The notes: a model not told the origin generated them from the letters alone. A stretch of 64,000 nt of DNA from an uncultured Chloroflexia bacterium (GCA_963810095.1 CAWEMM010000012.1:320001-384000); one strand, 5' to 3'; positions 1 to 12,567 are shown, counted from the stretch's first letter. A program made the numbers and translations.

Positions 1-683
1 AACCCGCGGGCCCAGCGGTTGTCCTTTGACTGGATCAGGGCCCATTCCTTCTCACCGAGGTCGTCAAACACCACCGTTTCGAATCCGAGCTGCTTGGCCA
101 GGTCCAGCGCACCCACCTGCTGCATCACTCGACGGGTGTTGCCCATGCCACTGCGGTCACCCACGGTGATCTTGGTCGCACCCATGCCTTGCAGCTCGGT
201 CACGAGGGTTCGCAACACGTCGGGGTGCGTCGAGCCAGGGGCCGGGTCGGCGCTGTTGAAATTGGGCTTCAGCAGGACGCTGCCACCCTTTACCGGGTTC
301 ACGCCGAGCAGTTGCAGCGCACGGCGCACCCCCTCGGCCCGGTCCGCAGTTTTCACCAGCACGACCATGCCCAGCCACTCGGTGCCCCGGGGTGCAGGCG
401 CGTGCGCCACCCCGGTCGGGGGCGCGCTTGTCGGGACAGGCGACATGTCCGTGGCCGCAGAAGTGGGCTCGCTCGTGGGAGGCTCGGCACGGGGTGCTGG
501 GAACGCAGTTGGAGGGATTGCAGTAGCCGCGGCAGCCGGCGACGAGCCCACTGCGCCCGGCGTCGATGTCGCCGGGGTAGTGGGCACCGGCCCGTTGGGC
601 CGCTGGCGGGGCCCGGCGCAAGCCGAAACAGCAGCTGCGCCGCCCAGCAAAGCCGCGCGGCGCAGGAATTCCCGACGATTCAT
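1..683 (-). CDS. DUF362-family lipoprotein with Tat signal, truncated by window edge
   Basis: Manual translation from ATG 683: MNRREFLRRAALLGGAAAVSAC (twin-Arg plus lipobox), Pro/Thr linker, then VLLKPNFNSADPAPGSTHPDVL...ITVGDRSG typical of DUF362. Confidence 0.75.
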   Translation of the reverse strand, partial: MNRREFLRRAALLGGAAAVSACAGPRQRPNGPVPTTPATSTPGAVGSSPAAAATAIPPTAFPAPRAEPPTSEPTSAATDMSPVPTSAPPTGVAHAPAPRGTEWLGMVVLVKTADRAEGVRRALQLLGVNPVKGGSVLLKPNFNSADPAPGSTHPDVLRTLVTELQGMGATKITVGDRSGMGNTRRVMQQVGALDLAKQLGFETVVFDDLGEKEWALIQSKDNRWARG

Positions 684-790
684 GCATTCCTCCGGAACGA
701 CAGGTCTCCGAACGAAAGCTGCTTCAGAATGAGTGCCAACGCCGGGCGCCCGGCGCCGGTTCCTGCCGTGTTCCGGTAGCTTACAGCAGC

Positions 791-2491
791 CTACTCGCTG
801 CTGCCGTAGGCCGACACACTGTTGGGCGGCGGCCAAGGTCCGGGCACAGGTGTGGGGGTGTTCTTTCCGTCGCGCAGCCCAGGGGTGAGTGCCGGAACGA
901 CGCGCGTCGGCGTGGGGACAAGCCCTGGCCCCTCCCCGCCGCCGGGCGGGAGCGGCCGCTCGTCGCCCTGCACCAGCACAAGGTGCACGATCTCGTCGCC
1001 GTCCCCCAGGCTGTCGATGCGCAGGTCGCTGCCGGGATGCCCCTTGCCACCGGGCAGCCTGTCGGCGAGCGCGGCATCCTGAAGCATAAAGCTTGCGGTG
1101 CGCCACTCGCCGCTGTCCGTCTTGGTCACGGGGGTTGTTGCGGTGATGCCCCCGCGCCCATCGTACGCGAGCGCCCACGCGTCGAGCCCTTGGTCGAGAT
1201 ACGTCACCGTGATCGTCACCGGCTGTCGCTGCACGTCGAACAGGTAGCGGTTGTCGACGTCAAACGCCATGTAGCGGTTGCCGCTCGCCTCGTCCGTCCG
1301 CCGGGTGTAGCGCCCCTCGGGCGCCTGCCCCACATTCCAGAGTGGCACGGTCTGGCCCTCGGGTGCATCGTAGACCTGTCGGAGCCAGAACTCGTAGTTG
1401 CCGCGCTGCGAAAACCACTCGTACTCGGTCTCGCGCAACGCGGCCCAGACCCCCGGCGTGTTTTGGACGGTGCGCCCCAGGTAGAGGTTGGCGAACTCGA
1501 TGGCCGAACGGCGGGCAGGATCCGTTACCTGGGGCGCGTCGAGCAAGATGAAATCGGCGTGCTTATCCAGGCCATTGTAGATCCGCCACAGGGTTTCCGC
1601 CGGCCCGGTATGTTGGGCCCATTCGGTGCCTTCCCAGCCCAGAACCGTCCGGCCGGCCCACGCCAGCATCGGATCGTACTGGCCACAGCCGGCCGTCGCC
1701 CAGCCGTCATCATCGATGACCGTCTCGGCGCCGCCGTCGGGCACCAGGCCGCTGTGCTGCAGGCCCACGCCGTGCGCTGCAGCATAGTCTGCCAGCGCTC
1801 GGCGTTCACAGGTGTAGATGTATCGCGGCGCGTACTCGAGGACCAGCGGCGTTTTGGGGAAGGCAGCTGCGTAGCTGTCGATCGCCCACTTCACATATTC
1901 GACCCACTTCGCGGAGCTCAGGCCGGCTGCCTCCAGGCATGCATCGTGCTCGTCACGGCCGGGCTGCGACTCGCCGAACATGCCGACGCCGATCTCGAGG
2001 AACGCAATGCGCGGGTCCCCGTCGAAGCGACGGCCGAAGTCCGCGATGAAGCGGCCATAGGCGGCCTGGTATGCGGGATCCCAGTAGCGCGGAATGACCT
2101 CAGTGCCGCACGTGATCTCCACGCTCGGCGTGGTTTGCACAAGATAGGGGGGCACGCCGCTGCCCCCGCAGCAAGGGCCGTCATACGGGTCGAGCCCGAC
2201 GCCGTCGATCTTGCCCAGATGGGCTTCGGCGTCAAGGTACCGGTCGAGCCAGGCCCAATCGTAACGGCCGGGCCCCGTCTCGAGCGTCTTCCACTGCGCG
2301 ACCATGTGACCCCCGACGATCGGGGAGGTTGCCGGATCGATGTGCTGCCAGTCATAGAAGACGTAGACCCCGGGCGGGACGGCCGGCCCGTTTGGGGCCG
2401 CGGCAACATGCGGGGGGCCGAGCAAGGTGAGAACCACGGACGTGCAGGCCAGCACGAGAACGACTAAGAGCAAAGCAGTCGCTCGTCGCAA
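791..2491 (-). CDS. Secreted clan-A-like glycoside hydrolase (GH42/beta-galactosidase-like) with C-terminal beta-sandwich module and Pro-rich tail
   Basis: TTG start after AAGGAG; signal peptide; WKTLETGPGRYDWAWLD, PRYWDPAY, RFDGDPRIAFLEIG motifs. Confidence 0.6.
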   Translation of the reverse strand: MRRATALLLVVLVLACTSVVLTLLGPPHVAAAPNGPAVPPGVYVFYDWQHIDPATSPIVGGHMVAQWKTLETGPGRYDWAWLDRYLDAEAHLGKIDGVGLDPYDGPCCGGSGVPPYLVQTTPSVEITCGTEVIPRYWDPAYQAAYGRFIADFGRRFDGDPRIAFLEIGVGMFGESQPGRDEHDACLEAAGLSSAKWVEYVKWAIDSYAAAFPKTPLVLEYAPRYIYTCERRALADYAAAHGVGLQHSGLVPDGGAETVIDDDGWATAGCGQYDPMLAWAGRTVLGWEGTEWAQHTGPAETLWRIYNGLDKHADFILLDAPQVTDPARRSAIEFANLYLGRTVQNTPGVWAALRETEYEWFSQRGNYEFWLRQVYDAPEGQTVPLWNVGQAPEGRYTRRTDEASGNRYMAFDVDNRYLFDVQRQPVTITVTYLDQGLDAWALAYDGRGGITATTPVTKTDSGEWRTASFMLQDAALADRLPGGKGHPGSDLRIDSLGDGDEIVHLVLVQGDERPLPPGGGEGPGLVPTPTRVVPALTPGLRDGKNTPTPVPGPWPPPNSVSAYGSSE

Positions 2492-2791
2492 GTACAGCTC
2501 CTTCTGTGGGAAAAGGCGGACGTCTTCATGATAGCACAACCAGGGTACAGGTGTCATCCTACTTTAGACGGATACCCGTACACGCGCCGGTCAGCATTAG
2601 TACGCATTCGATTCCAGGCACCTGCCTGGTGTCTGCGTCGCCCGCGGCTCGCCAAGGCAGGGGGCGACAGATACGTGACGAAAATGGTTTATTGTTGCTC
2701 CATACAGATTTATGGTCTTAGAATCATATTGTCACATTCTGTATTGATGCTCACGGCACAACTGCCGGCGGCGGACGTAATCTGGTGCTTG

Positions 2792-2974
2792 GCGAAACGT
2801 TTAAGCAACGCGTTGCTGCAGCGGGCCGGCGAGGAGCACATTGATCGTGCAGCTTTGGAGGATCGCCCGATTGGCGATGGCACCCTGTCTTGTTACGCCA
2901 GGGCCATCCAGACGTTTAGATGCCGCGCTGAATTTCGTGCGGCATTTTAGTTGCTGGAGAGGTTAAACGTTTCA
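2792..2974. promoter_or_regulatory. Two LacI-type operators with core AAACGTTT (2795-2802, 2965-2972)
   Basis: cgAAACGTTTaa and ttAAACGTTTca; the second lies between the RBS and ATG of the LacI gene. Confidence 0.65.
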
Positions 2975-2976
2975 AA

Positions 2977-4037
2977 ATGGCTGGGACGAAGACGATCCGG
3001 GATGTCGCCCGGGAGGCGGGTGTTTCGATTGCCACGGTCTCATACGTCCTCAACAACTCGCGTACCGTGAGCCCGGAAACCCGCGACCGAGTCCTGCGGG
3101 CCGCGCACGCGCATGGCGTACCGTCCGAACATCACGGCTCGCAACCTGCAGGCGAGTGAAACGCGCCTCTTCGCCTACACCTGGCGGCCCGGCCATGCCC
3201 GACCACTTCAACCCCATCCTCGACCAGCTTTCTGCAATCCGCCGTCTCTGCCGCCGTCCGACCGTGGTTACCGCTTCCTGGTTTTCCCGGCCAGCACCGT
3301 GGAGGAGGAGCTCGGTATCTGTGACACGCTAATGCTCGAAGGCCAGGTGGACGGCTTCGTGCTCTCTAACACCGATCTCGACGACATCCGTGTGCGCCGG
3401 TTGCACGAGGCCGGCTTTCCGTTCGTAGCGTTCGGACGCTCCAATCCCGAGTGGGACTTCCCCTGCGTGGATGTAGATGGAACGATTCGGCGTGCGTCGC
3501 GCCGTTGAACACCTTATCCGATCGGGGACACCGGCGGATCGGCATGCTGGGCTGGCCAGAGGCGTCGTTGACCGGGCGTTTCAGCATGCAGGGCTATATC
3601 GATGGGATGGCCGGGGCCGGGCTGCCCGGTGCATGACGGCTGGATCGCAGCGGACCGAGAACCGCTACGGCGACGCGTACTGCGCGGCCGAAGCGCTGCT
3701 GAGCGGCGCCGGCCAGGGAGAGGCGTCACGGCGCTCGTGGCGATGTCTGACCTGATGGCTGCAGCCGCAGTCAATGCGGCATGGGAGGCTGGGGCTGAAC
3801 CCGGGGCTGATTTCGCAGTCGTCGGCTTCGACGACTCGCCCGTGACGCGCCTGATGCGGCCCGCGCTGAGCAGCCTGCGCCAGCCCATCGCCGAGGTGGC
3901 CCGCCGGCTGGTGGACATGTTGGTGGCGCTGTGTCAGCGGCGAACCCATTGCTGAGCGCACCGTCGTTTTGCGCCCGAACTGATCGTACGGGCGTCGAGC
4001 GAGACGCCCATATCGCGATTCCGAGCAGGATCAGTGA
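2977..4037 (+). CDS. LacI-family transcriptional regulator (frameshifted, end approximate)
   Basis: [24 protein letters not shown]; later frames give GHRRIG, VVGFDD, LSSLRQP. Confidence 0.85.
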
Positions 4038-4045
4038 GCGACGCT

Positions 4046-6943
4046 ATGGAATCTGAAGGCCGTGATCTTCGATCTTGACGGGGTGATTACGGACACCGCC
4101 GAGTATCCACTACCGGGCCTGGCAGCGGCTGGCCGACGAGGAGGGCCTGGCCTTCGACCGGCAGGTGAACGAGGACCTGCGCGGCGTGTCTCGCCGCGCG
4201 TCTCTGGACATCATCCTCGAGGCATGCCGGCGCTGACGCGCGACCGAGGCCGAGATCGCAGAGTACATGGAGCGCAAGAACCGCTACTACGTGGACATGC
4301 TCGACGGAGATCACGCCCGCCGACGTGCTCCCGGGGGCGCTCGCTCTGATCGAGGAGCTGCGGTCGGCAGGCGTCAAGGTCGCCATCGGCTCGGCCAGCA
4401 AGAACACGCCCACCGTCCTCGAACGGCTTGGCATTCGAGGGCTGATGGACGCCGTGGCGGACGGGAACAACGTCCACGCGCCCAAACCCGCGCCTGACGT
4501 ATTCCTCAAGGCCGCGGCACTGCTCGGCGTCCCGCCGGCCTTCTGTGCGGTGGTCGAGGACGCGGGGGCGGGCATCGACGCAGCGCTGGCCGCGGGGATG
4601 TGGGCGGTGGGCGTCGGGCCGGCGGCGCGCGTCGGGCCACGCAGACGCCCGTTTCGACAGCCTCGAAGGCGTCACCCTCGCCGCACTCCGTTCTGCGTTC
4701 GAGGCGGCGGCCTGGACGGTCGTCGACAGCCAGCTTCGACCCGGCGAGCCAGCACCACATGGAGACGGTCTTCACCAGCGGCAACGGCGCCATGTGCGTG
4801 CGTGGCGCGTTCGAGGAAGGCTATCCCGGCGATCGCCCGCGTGCTTCATGCACCGCGTCTGGGACGACATGCCCGTCAACTTCACCGAGCTCGCCAATCT
4901 GCCGGAATGGTGGGGCGTCGAGCTGGTGGTGGACGGCGCGCGATTCCGGCTGGACCGCGGGCGAGGTGCTCGCGCTACCGCCGCAGCCTGGACCTGCGCA
5001 CCGGCGTTCTCTCGCGCACCGTGCGCTGGCAGGCCGGAGCGGCGACGGGCCCGTGCTGGACTTCGCTTCGAGCGCTTCATCAGCCTGGCGGACCCGCACC
5101 TCGCGGCCGTGCAGCTGGAGGTCGCCGTGGTCTCAGGGCGCGGCCGACATCTGCTGATACGAGCGGGCTTGAACGCGGCACGTGGAGAACACCGGGCTGT
5201 TGCACTGGGACTCGGTCGATCAGGACGGTAGACGGCGGAGAGCGTTGGCTGCTGCACGTGCGCACGCGGCGACCGGCACGAGGTGGCCGTTGCCGCCGCG
5301 GTCAGCCTGCTGACTGCCCGACGAGCAGGGCGATGCGCCCGCACCGGCCGAGGCGAAGGCAGTAACGTGCTCTGCGACTCGACGGCCAGCCGACGATCGA
5401 GCGCCGCGCTGCGGCTGGAGCAGGGCGAACGGTGCGTCGTTCTGACCAAGTATGTCGCGCGTCGTGCCCGGGTCTGATGCGAGCCGAGCCTGCGCACGCT
5501 TGCCCGGGCGAAGGCGTTGAGCGGACCGCGTCGAAGGCTACGCGGCCTGGCGCGAAGGCGAACGACGCGGCTGGCACGAGGCGTGGAAGACCGCCGACGT
5601 GCTGGTCGAGGGCGACAACGAGGCCCAGCTTGCGCTGCGCTTCAACATCTTCCAGCTGCTCATCGCCGCCCCGCGCTTCACCGATCGCGCCTCCATCGGC
5701 GCCAAGACCCTGAGCGGCTTCGGCTACCGCCACCACGTCTTCTGGGACACCGAAATCTTCATGCTGCCGCTCTTCACCTTTACCGAGCCCGAACTGGCGC
5801 GGCAACATGCTGATGTACCGCTGGCACAACCTGCCGGGCGCCCGAGAGAAGGCGCGCAGCGCAACGGCTACGAGGGCGCGCAGTTCCCCTGGGAGAGCGC
5901 GCGGCGACGGCCGCGAGGTCACGCCTACCTGGGTGCCCCACTTCGCCGACCCGACCACGCTGGTGCGCATCTGGACCGGCGATATCGAAATCCACATCAC
6001 CGCCGACATCGCCTACGCCGTCATGCAGTACTGGCATGCGACGGGCGACGACGCGTGGATGGCGCAGCTACGGCGCCGAGATCGTGCTCGATGGCGCCGT
6101 CCTTCTGGGCCAGCGCGGCGCAGGCTGGAGGCAGACGGCCAGCTACCACTACCGCAACGTGATCGGCCCGGACGAGTACCACGACCGCATCGACGACAAC
6201 TGCTACACCAACTACATGGCGCGCTGGCACCTGCAGACCGCGCTGCGAGGTGCTGGACTGGCTGCGCCGCGCGGCATCCGAGCGCAGGCCGAGCGTCTGA
6301 CGCAGTAACTCTGGACCTGACGGCGAGGCCGGCTCGAGCAGTGGCACGACGTGATCGAAGCGCATGTATCTGCCCGTCGATCCAGAAGACCGGCCTGATC
6401 GAGCAGTTCGCCGGCTACTTCGAGCTGGAGAGATGTCGACTTCGCGATCCTGCGCGATCCGAAGCGCGCGAAGTCGATGCAGGCGCTGCTGGGCATCGAA
6501 GGCTGCGCGGAGACCCAGAACCTCAAGCAGCCCGACGTACTGATGCTGCAGTACCTGCTGCCCGAGCGCTTCACGCCCGAGCAGGTGCGCGACGAACTGG
6601 GACTACTACGATCCGCGCACCGACCACGAGCACGGCTCGTCGCTCGGCCCTAGCATCAGCGCGGTGATGGCGTGCCGGGTCGGCGAATGCGACTACGGCT
6701 ACCAGCACTTCCTGCGCGCCGCACGCGCCGACCTGCTCGACGTGCGCCATAACGCAGGCGACGGCATCCACGGCGCCAGCGCCGGCGGATTGTGGCAAGC
6801 AGTGGCGTTTTCGGCTTTGCCGGGCTCAAGGTGACGGAAGACGGCTGGACGATTGATCCCGTCGCTGCCCGCGGACTGGAGCCGGCTCGCTTTCAAGTTC
6901 TTCTATCGCGGCAAGTTGGAGAGCAGTAGATGTGAGGCGTTAG
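4046..6943 (+). CDS. Beta-phosphoglucomutase (HAD) fused to GH65 alpha-glucoside phosphorylase (multiple frameshifts)
   Basis: [28 protein letters not shown] motifs; then [67 protein letters not shown]65 motifs. Confidence 0.85.
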
Positions 6944-7173
6944 CGGCAGGGTCGGGCGATGGACCGCCCTCGTCCATCGAATCAGTCGTCCCGGGCTGCC
7001 CCCAGCGTCCTGGCAGACAAGCAGGCAGCCCGGTTGGAGCATCCGGCCACGCGCAGTCGCGTAGCCGAATCACCGGCACATTCTACCAGTGAAGCGGCGA
7101 GCGGCAAAGGCCGGTGCTGATCAACGTGTCTCGATGACGTGTTCGTTGAACAAATTCAATGGGAGGAGATGTC

Positions 7174-8666
7174 ATGAAGGCTTTCCGCTATACGGCATTG
7201 CTGGCCCTGGTGGTCCTGGCCCTGATCGTGGCCGCGTGTGGACCGTCGGCGGGGCTCGAGCCATCAGGCAACCACTGCCCCGCAGGCGACCACTGCGCCC
7301 GCAGCGACGACTGCGCCAGCAGGCGACGACCGCACCGGCCGCCACGCACCGCGCCCGCGGCGACCGAGGCCATGACCGGCGCGACCACTGCCGTCGGCGC
7401 AGCACCGAGGTCATGACCGGCACGACCACCGCCGGCCGACCGGAACGCGTGATGACGGGCACGACCGGCACCGGCGGGCACGATGAAGACGATCCAGGTC
7501 GAAGACGGCGCCCAGCATCGTGTTCTCGGGATGGGGCGACGAGACCGAGCAGAAGGTCTACCGCGACAGCATCGCCCGCTTCAACGAGGCCTACCCGAAC
7601 GTGACGGTCGACTTCCAGCCGATCCCCGCCGACTTCCAGACCAAGGTTAAGGCGCAGATGGCCGGCGGCACCGCGCCCGACGTGATGTATATCGACGATC
7701 AGCTGATGACCGCGTTTGCGCCGAACAACCAGCTCCTGCGCTCTGGATCCCTACATGCAGGAAGCGCGGCGTCACCGCGAAGGACTTCATTCCGCAGTTG
7801 ATGACCATCTTCGTGCAGGACGGCAAGACCTACGCGCTGCCCAAGGACTGGGGCACGCTGGGGCTGGTTTACCTGCCCGAGGCGCTTCCAGGCAGCCGGC
7901 ATTCCTGAGCCGACGGCCGACTGGACGTGGCAGGACCTGCAGAAGGCGGCCGAGGCCATCCAGAAGACGGGCAAGTACGGCGGCTTCTGCATGGGCGCCG
8001 ACTGGGCCCGCTTTGCACCGTTCGTCTTCGGCAACGGCGGCTCGTTCGCATCCGACGACTTCAAGACCGCCAACGATCAACACGCCTGAGGTCAAGCAGG
8101 CGGCGGAGTTCATCGCGGGCATGAAGAAGAGCGGCGCGCTGGTCAACCGCCGTCCGATCTCAGCGCAAGCTGGTGCGGTGAGGCAATCGGCAAGAAGCTC
8201 GGCGGCGATGACGTATGAAGGCGGCTGGATGGTCAACTTCATGCGCACGAGCTACCCGGACGTGAAGTGGAAGGCCGTGCCGCTGCCCACCGGGCCGAAG
8301 GGCCAGGCCGACATCATCTTCACGAACGGCATCGGCGTCAATGCGGCTACCAAGTTCCCGAAGGCGGCCGCGGCCCTGGCGATGTTCATCACCGGCACCG
8401 AGAACCAGGGCGAAATCGTCAAGACCGGCTTCGCCTACAGCACGCACCCGGATCAGCAGAACCTGATCCAGGACCCGAACGACAAGGCGATCGCGGCGGG
8501 CGGCACGTGGCCAATGACCAAGGTCGCCTACTGGGGTCCCAATACCGGCAAGGTCAACGATGCCGTCTCCAAGATGCTGGAGCGCGTCTTCCTGGGCGAC
8601 CAGACGGTCGACGAGTCGCTGAAGCAGGCCGAGACCGACGTCAACGCGGCCCTCAGCGGCAAGTAA
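7174..8666 (+). CDS. Sugar ABC transporter substrate-binding lipoprotein (frameshifted)
   Basis: GGAGG RBS, lipobox VAAC, Thr/Ala linker, AGGTAPDV, YALPKD, EGGW motifs. Confidence 0.85.
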
Positions 8667-8680
8667 CTACGGTAGAGTCG

Positions 8681-8732
8681 GGCGGGTTCCTAGCGGGCCG
8701 GCCAGAGGCTGCCCAGGGGCGTAGGAACCGCC
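8681..8732 (+). terminator. Stem-loop after the SBP gene (mRNA stabiliser or attenuator)
   Basis: gcgggttccta ... taggaaccgc inverted repeat. Confidence 0.45.
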
Positions 8733-8749
8733 ACGCTGAGGAAAGCATC

Positions 8750-9994
8750 ATGGCAGTCGCCCAACGAACCATGCCGGAACGAGCGTCGAGCGGCAGCCGC
8801 GTGCTGGCGGCTGCCGTGGCCTTCCTGCTGGTCACGCTGGTGATCTTCGCGGCGGCGCTCATCTCGGCGCCGACCCGCGGGATCCGCATCTTTCCGCTCC
8901 AGAACTACATGCCCGAGGCGTTGAAGTCGGGCATCTGGTTCGTGGTTGCGGGGCTGGTTCTGGGCGGACTGCTCGGCGCCGTGGCGGCAGCCATGGTCTA
9001 CCGCATCTGGCCCAACCGCTCGGCCCGCAGCGAGATGATCGCCGGCTACGCATTCCTCGCGCCCTACCTGATCATCACCCTGGTCTTCACGGTCGGCGTG
9101 ATCCTGTTTGCGCTCTACATCGCGTTTCACGAATACAACATCTTCACCGCGCCCAAGTTCGTCGGGATCGACAATTTCGCGCGCGCATTCCGGACGCAAA
9201 GATTTCGGGCAGTCGCTGGTTAACGTGGCCTGGTATGCGCTCGTCGTGACGGTCATGCAGACCATCCTGGCGCTGCTGCTGGCAGTCTTGCTGAACGCCA
9301 AGATTCGCGGCAAGGAAGCATTCCGCACGATATTCTACACGCCGAGCGTCACGTCGTCGGTCGTGATCTCGATGATCTTCTGGTGGTTCTTCCTGAAGGC
9401 AGGGTTCCTGAACTATTTCCTGATCAGTTTCCTGGGCATCTTCGGCATCGCGTTCCAGACGCGTCGACTGGCTGAACGACCCGCGCGGCCTGTTTCAGAT
9501 GATTGCGCAACGGCGTTCGGCGGCAATATCCCGTCGAGCCAGTGGTTCCTGCGCGGGCCCAGCGTCACGCTGATGGCCATCATGTTCCAGAACATCTTCA
9601 CGACGATCCCGACCTTCATGCTCATGTTCCTGGCCGCGCTGCAGGACGTGCCGGGAAGCGTGTACGAGGCGGCCGACATCGACGGTGCGACCGCGGCCGC
9701 AGAAGTTCTTCCGGCATTACCGTCCCGCTCCTGCGCCCGGTGATCCTCCTGGTCGTCGTGCTCGGCACCATCGGCACGCTGCAGATCTTCGACCAGGTCA
9801 AGATCCTGACCGCGGGCGGCCCGTTGGGCACAACCCTGACGCCGGTCTTCCTGATCTACCGGGAGGCGATCGGCACGCAGGGCGGCATCCAGATGGGCTA
9901 CGCGTCGGCCATGGCGTTCATCCTGGCCGTCATCATCTTCGCGTTCACCTTCATTCAGCGGCGCTTCATCGAGCGCGGCACCGAAAGCTACTGA
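8750..9994 (+). CDS. Carbohydrate ABC permease 1 (frameshifted)
   Basis: [38 protein letters not shown] loop. Confidence 0.9.
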
Positions 9995-10007
9995 TAGGAG
10001 GCGCGGC

Positions 10008-10900
10008 ATGGCTGTTGTTGCACCATCGAGGAGCCAGCAGACGACTGGCGGGGACAGAACGAGCCGTCGCATCCGCAGCGCGCTCAAGTACATCTTGCTC
10101 GTGCTTCTGGCGCTGGTTGCGCTGACGCCGTTCATCCTCGCGTTCCTGGGGACCTTCAAGACCGATGCCGAGATCATCGCCTATCCGCCCGAAAATCCTG
10201 CCCCAGAACTGGCTCGTCGAGAACTGGGCCAAGACGTGGAACACCGACTTCGGCCAGGGCGCGACGTTCCCGCGCTGGCTGCTCAACACGGCGATCGTGG
10301 CTGTCGGCGTGCGGCCGTGCTGGCAGCCGATCTTCTGCTCGATGGCCGGCTATGCATTCGCCCGGCTCCATTTCCCCGGCCGCGACGCGGTTTTCGCCTT
10401 CATGCTGGCGAGCATGATGATACCCGGTGCGATCACCTTGATTCCCGCCTATGTCGTCATGACGAAGATCGGTTTCATCAACACCTACTGGTCACTGCTG
10501 GTGCCGGGCGCGATTTCTGCGGCCAGCATCTTCCTGCTGACCCAGTTCTTCAAGGCGATCCCGCGCGAGTTGGAGGAGGCGGCCTACATCGACGGCGCCT
10601 CCCGGTTCCTAATCTACAAGGATGTGGTGCTGCCGTTGGCGCGGCCCGGCGCTGCTGACCGTGCTGATCTTGCAGTTCCAGGGCATGTGGAACGCGTTCC
10701 TGCCGCCGCTGCTCTACCTGAACACGCCCAATATGTGGGTGCTCAACGTTGCCATCTCGTCGTTCCAGCAGCAGTACAAGGCGGCGTGGAACCTGACGCT
10801 GGTCGCGGCCATGTTCAACGCGATCCCGGTGCTGATCCTGTTCGCGTTGTTCAGCCGCTACTACATCGAGGGCATCAGCTACTCGGGGCTAAAGGGGTAA
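10008..10900 (+). CDS. Carbohydrate ABC permease 2 (frameshifted)
   Basis: MAGYAFARL, FFKAIPRELEEAAYIDGAS EAA motif. Confidence 0.9.
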
Positions 10901-10901
10901 G

Positions 10902-10952
10902 AGAAATCAGGTTTCGCCTCGGCCGAGCCGATGGTGCAGACACCTGGTATCT
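10902..10952. repeat. Family B palindrome (AGAAACC(A/G)GGTTTC type)
   Basis: agaaatcaggtttc ... gacacctggtatct directly after the stop codon. Confidence 0.65.
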
Positions 10953-10972
10953 TAATCGACTGAAAGGTTAGC

Positions 10973-11620
10973 GTGTTCACACCTTTGCGCCTGCTCCCGC
11001 GCGCCATCGGGCTCTGGTGGCGCGAGTTTCTGATCCTGGTCCTGCTGAATTTCATCTGGCTTCTCTGCCAGGTCACGATCGTGCTGGGCGGACCGGCGAC
11101 CGCCGCGCTCGTCTATGTTGCGCGGCGGGTGGCCGATCATGAGTTGGTCGGGCTGGACGATTTCTGGCAAGGGCTGCGCGAGAATTTCACGGCTGGGCTC
11201 AAGTGGCAGTTGGCCCAGCTTCTTGTGTACGGCATCCTGGCGTTCAACCTGGTGTTCTATGCGGGCCAGACGGGGCTAGCCATCCTGACCCTGCGCTACG
11301 CGTGGACGATCATGGCGCTGATCTGGTTCGCCATCAACCTGTACTACTGGCCGCTCCACTTCGAGCAAATCGACGGCCGCTTTCGCACGACCTTGTCGAA
11401 CGCGACCAAGATGGCGTTCCTGAACCCGAACGAAACCATCGTCTATACGTTGGCGGCGCTGGTGCTCATCGTATTCTGCGTGGGCACGGCCGCGCTGCTG
11501 GGGTTCGTGCTCGGCGCATGGTTGAGCCTGTGGGGCGTGCTGGTCGTGCGCGCCAACCTGGGGCTGGTTCCGAAACAGGAAGAACCGAAGAACCCGAGTT
11601 CCACGAAGAGCAGAAGCTGA
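10973..11620 (+). CDS. YesL/DUF624-like membrane protein
   Basis: [26 protein letters not shown] motif; position in a sugar ABC cluster. Confidence 0.75.
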   Translation: MFTPLRLLPRAIGLWWREFLILVLLNFIWLLCQVTIVLGGPATAALVYVARRVADHELVGLDDFWQGLRENFTAGLKWQLAQLLVYGILAFNLVFYAGQTGLAILTLRYAWTIMALIWFAINLYYWPLHFEQIDGRFRTTLSNATKMAFLNPNETIVYTLAALVLIVFCVGTAALLGFVLGAWLSLWGVLVVRANLGLVPKQEEPKNPSSTKSRS

Positions 11621-11640
11621 ATCGGGAAGGGAGGGACTCA

Positions 11641-12561
11641 TTGAAGCTGACCCGTTACGGCGCAGAGCCGCTCATGCTGCCCGACCCGGCATCGCCGTGG
11701 TCCTGTTACAACGTCTTCAACCCGTCGGTCATCTATCATGACGGCCTTTTCCACATGCATTACCGCGGCCAAGGGCTGGACTGGATCTCGCGCATTGGCT
11801 ACGCGGTGAGCAGCGACGGCATTCGCTGGAACCGCCTCGCCGAACCCGTCCTGGCGCCTCACGACGGGACAGATTCGCGCGGCCTCGAAGACCCCCGGGT
11901 GACGGAGATCGAAGGGGCATTCTACATGGCCTACACGGCCTACGGGCGCGAGTTCCGCGGCCAGGGCGACCCCACCCACGCCGGGGGCGGCATCTTGCCG
12001 ATGATCGCCCGCAGCACCAACCTGATCACCTGGGAACGGCTCGGCCCGCTCGTCGTGGGGGAAGACAACAAGGACCATGTCCTCTTCCCTCGCAAGATCA
12101 AGAGTCGTTATGTCGCCTTCCATCGCCGCCGGCCCCACCTGTGGCTGGCGTACTCGGAGGACCTGCGCGCGTGGCCCGAAGCATGGATGGCCCCCATCTA
12201 CGGGCCGCGGGAAGAGAATTGGTGGGACTGCAAGAGCATCGGCGCGAATGGCGTGCCCATCGAGACGCGCGAGGGCTGGCTGTGCATCAACCACGGTTAC
12301 GACTTCGAGCACGTATACCGCTTCGGCGTGGTGCTGCTCGACCTGGACGATCCGACACGGGTCATTCGCCGCCCGAAAGAGCCCATCTTTTGGCCAGAGG
12401 AGCTGTGGGAGATCCGGGGCGACGTGCCGAACGTGGTCTTTTCGAACGCCAACCCCGTGGTCGACGGCACCGTGTACGTCTACTACGGCGGCGGCGACCA
12501 CGTCATTGGCCTCGCCACCTGCCCGCTCGACGAATTGATGGAGTATGCGCTGAGGGGGTAG
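11641..12561 (+). CDS. GH130 beta-mannoside phosphorylase/glycosidase
   Basis: [44 protein letters not shown]; TTG start after GGAGG. Confidence 0.9.
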   Translation: MKLTRYGAEPLMLPDPASPWSCYNVFNPSVIYHDGLFHMHYRGQGLDWISRIGYAVSSDGIRWNRLAEPVLAPHDGTDSRGLEDPRVTEIEGAFYMAYTAYGREFRGQGDPTHAGGGILPMIARSTNLITWERLGPLVVGEDNKDHVLFPRKIKSRYVAFHRRRPHLWLAYSEDLRAWPEAWMAPIYGPREENWWDCKSIGANGVPIETREGWLCINHGYDFEHVYRFGVVLLDLDDPTRVIRRPKEPIFWPEELWEIRGDVPNVVFSNANPVVDGTVYVYYGGGDHVIGLATCPLDELMEYALRG

Positions 12562-12567
12562 AGGATT

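Noticed and set aside
983-2467. Long antisense or alternative-frame ORFs (also 26991-28130, 38311-39675, 55842-57101, 57239-58708, 59172-60650)
   Set aside because: Shadows of real genes in high-GC DNA; no motifs or RBS
7270-7480. Short EVMTGTT-like and AEPTKAPA (about 60490-60570) repeats
   Set aside because: Ordinary low-complexity lipoprotein tethers
3100-10700. Dense frameshifts suggesting pseudogenisation or programmed frameshifting
   Set aside because: Single-base indels occur throughout the window, including in murF-alr, while motifs stay intact and I saw no accumulation of nonsense substitutions; this pattern fits uncorrected long-read error
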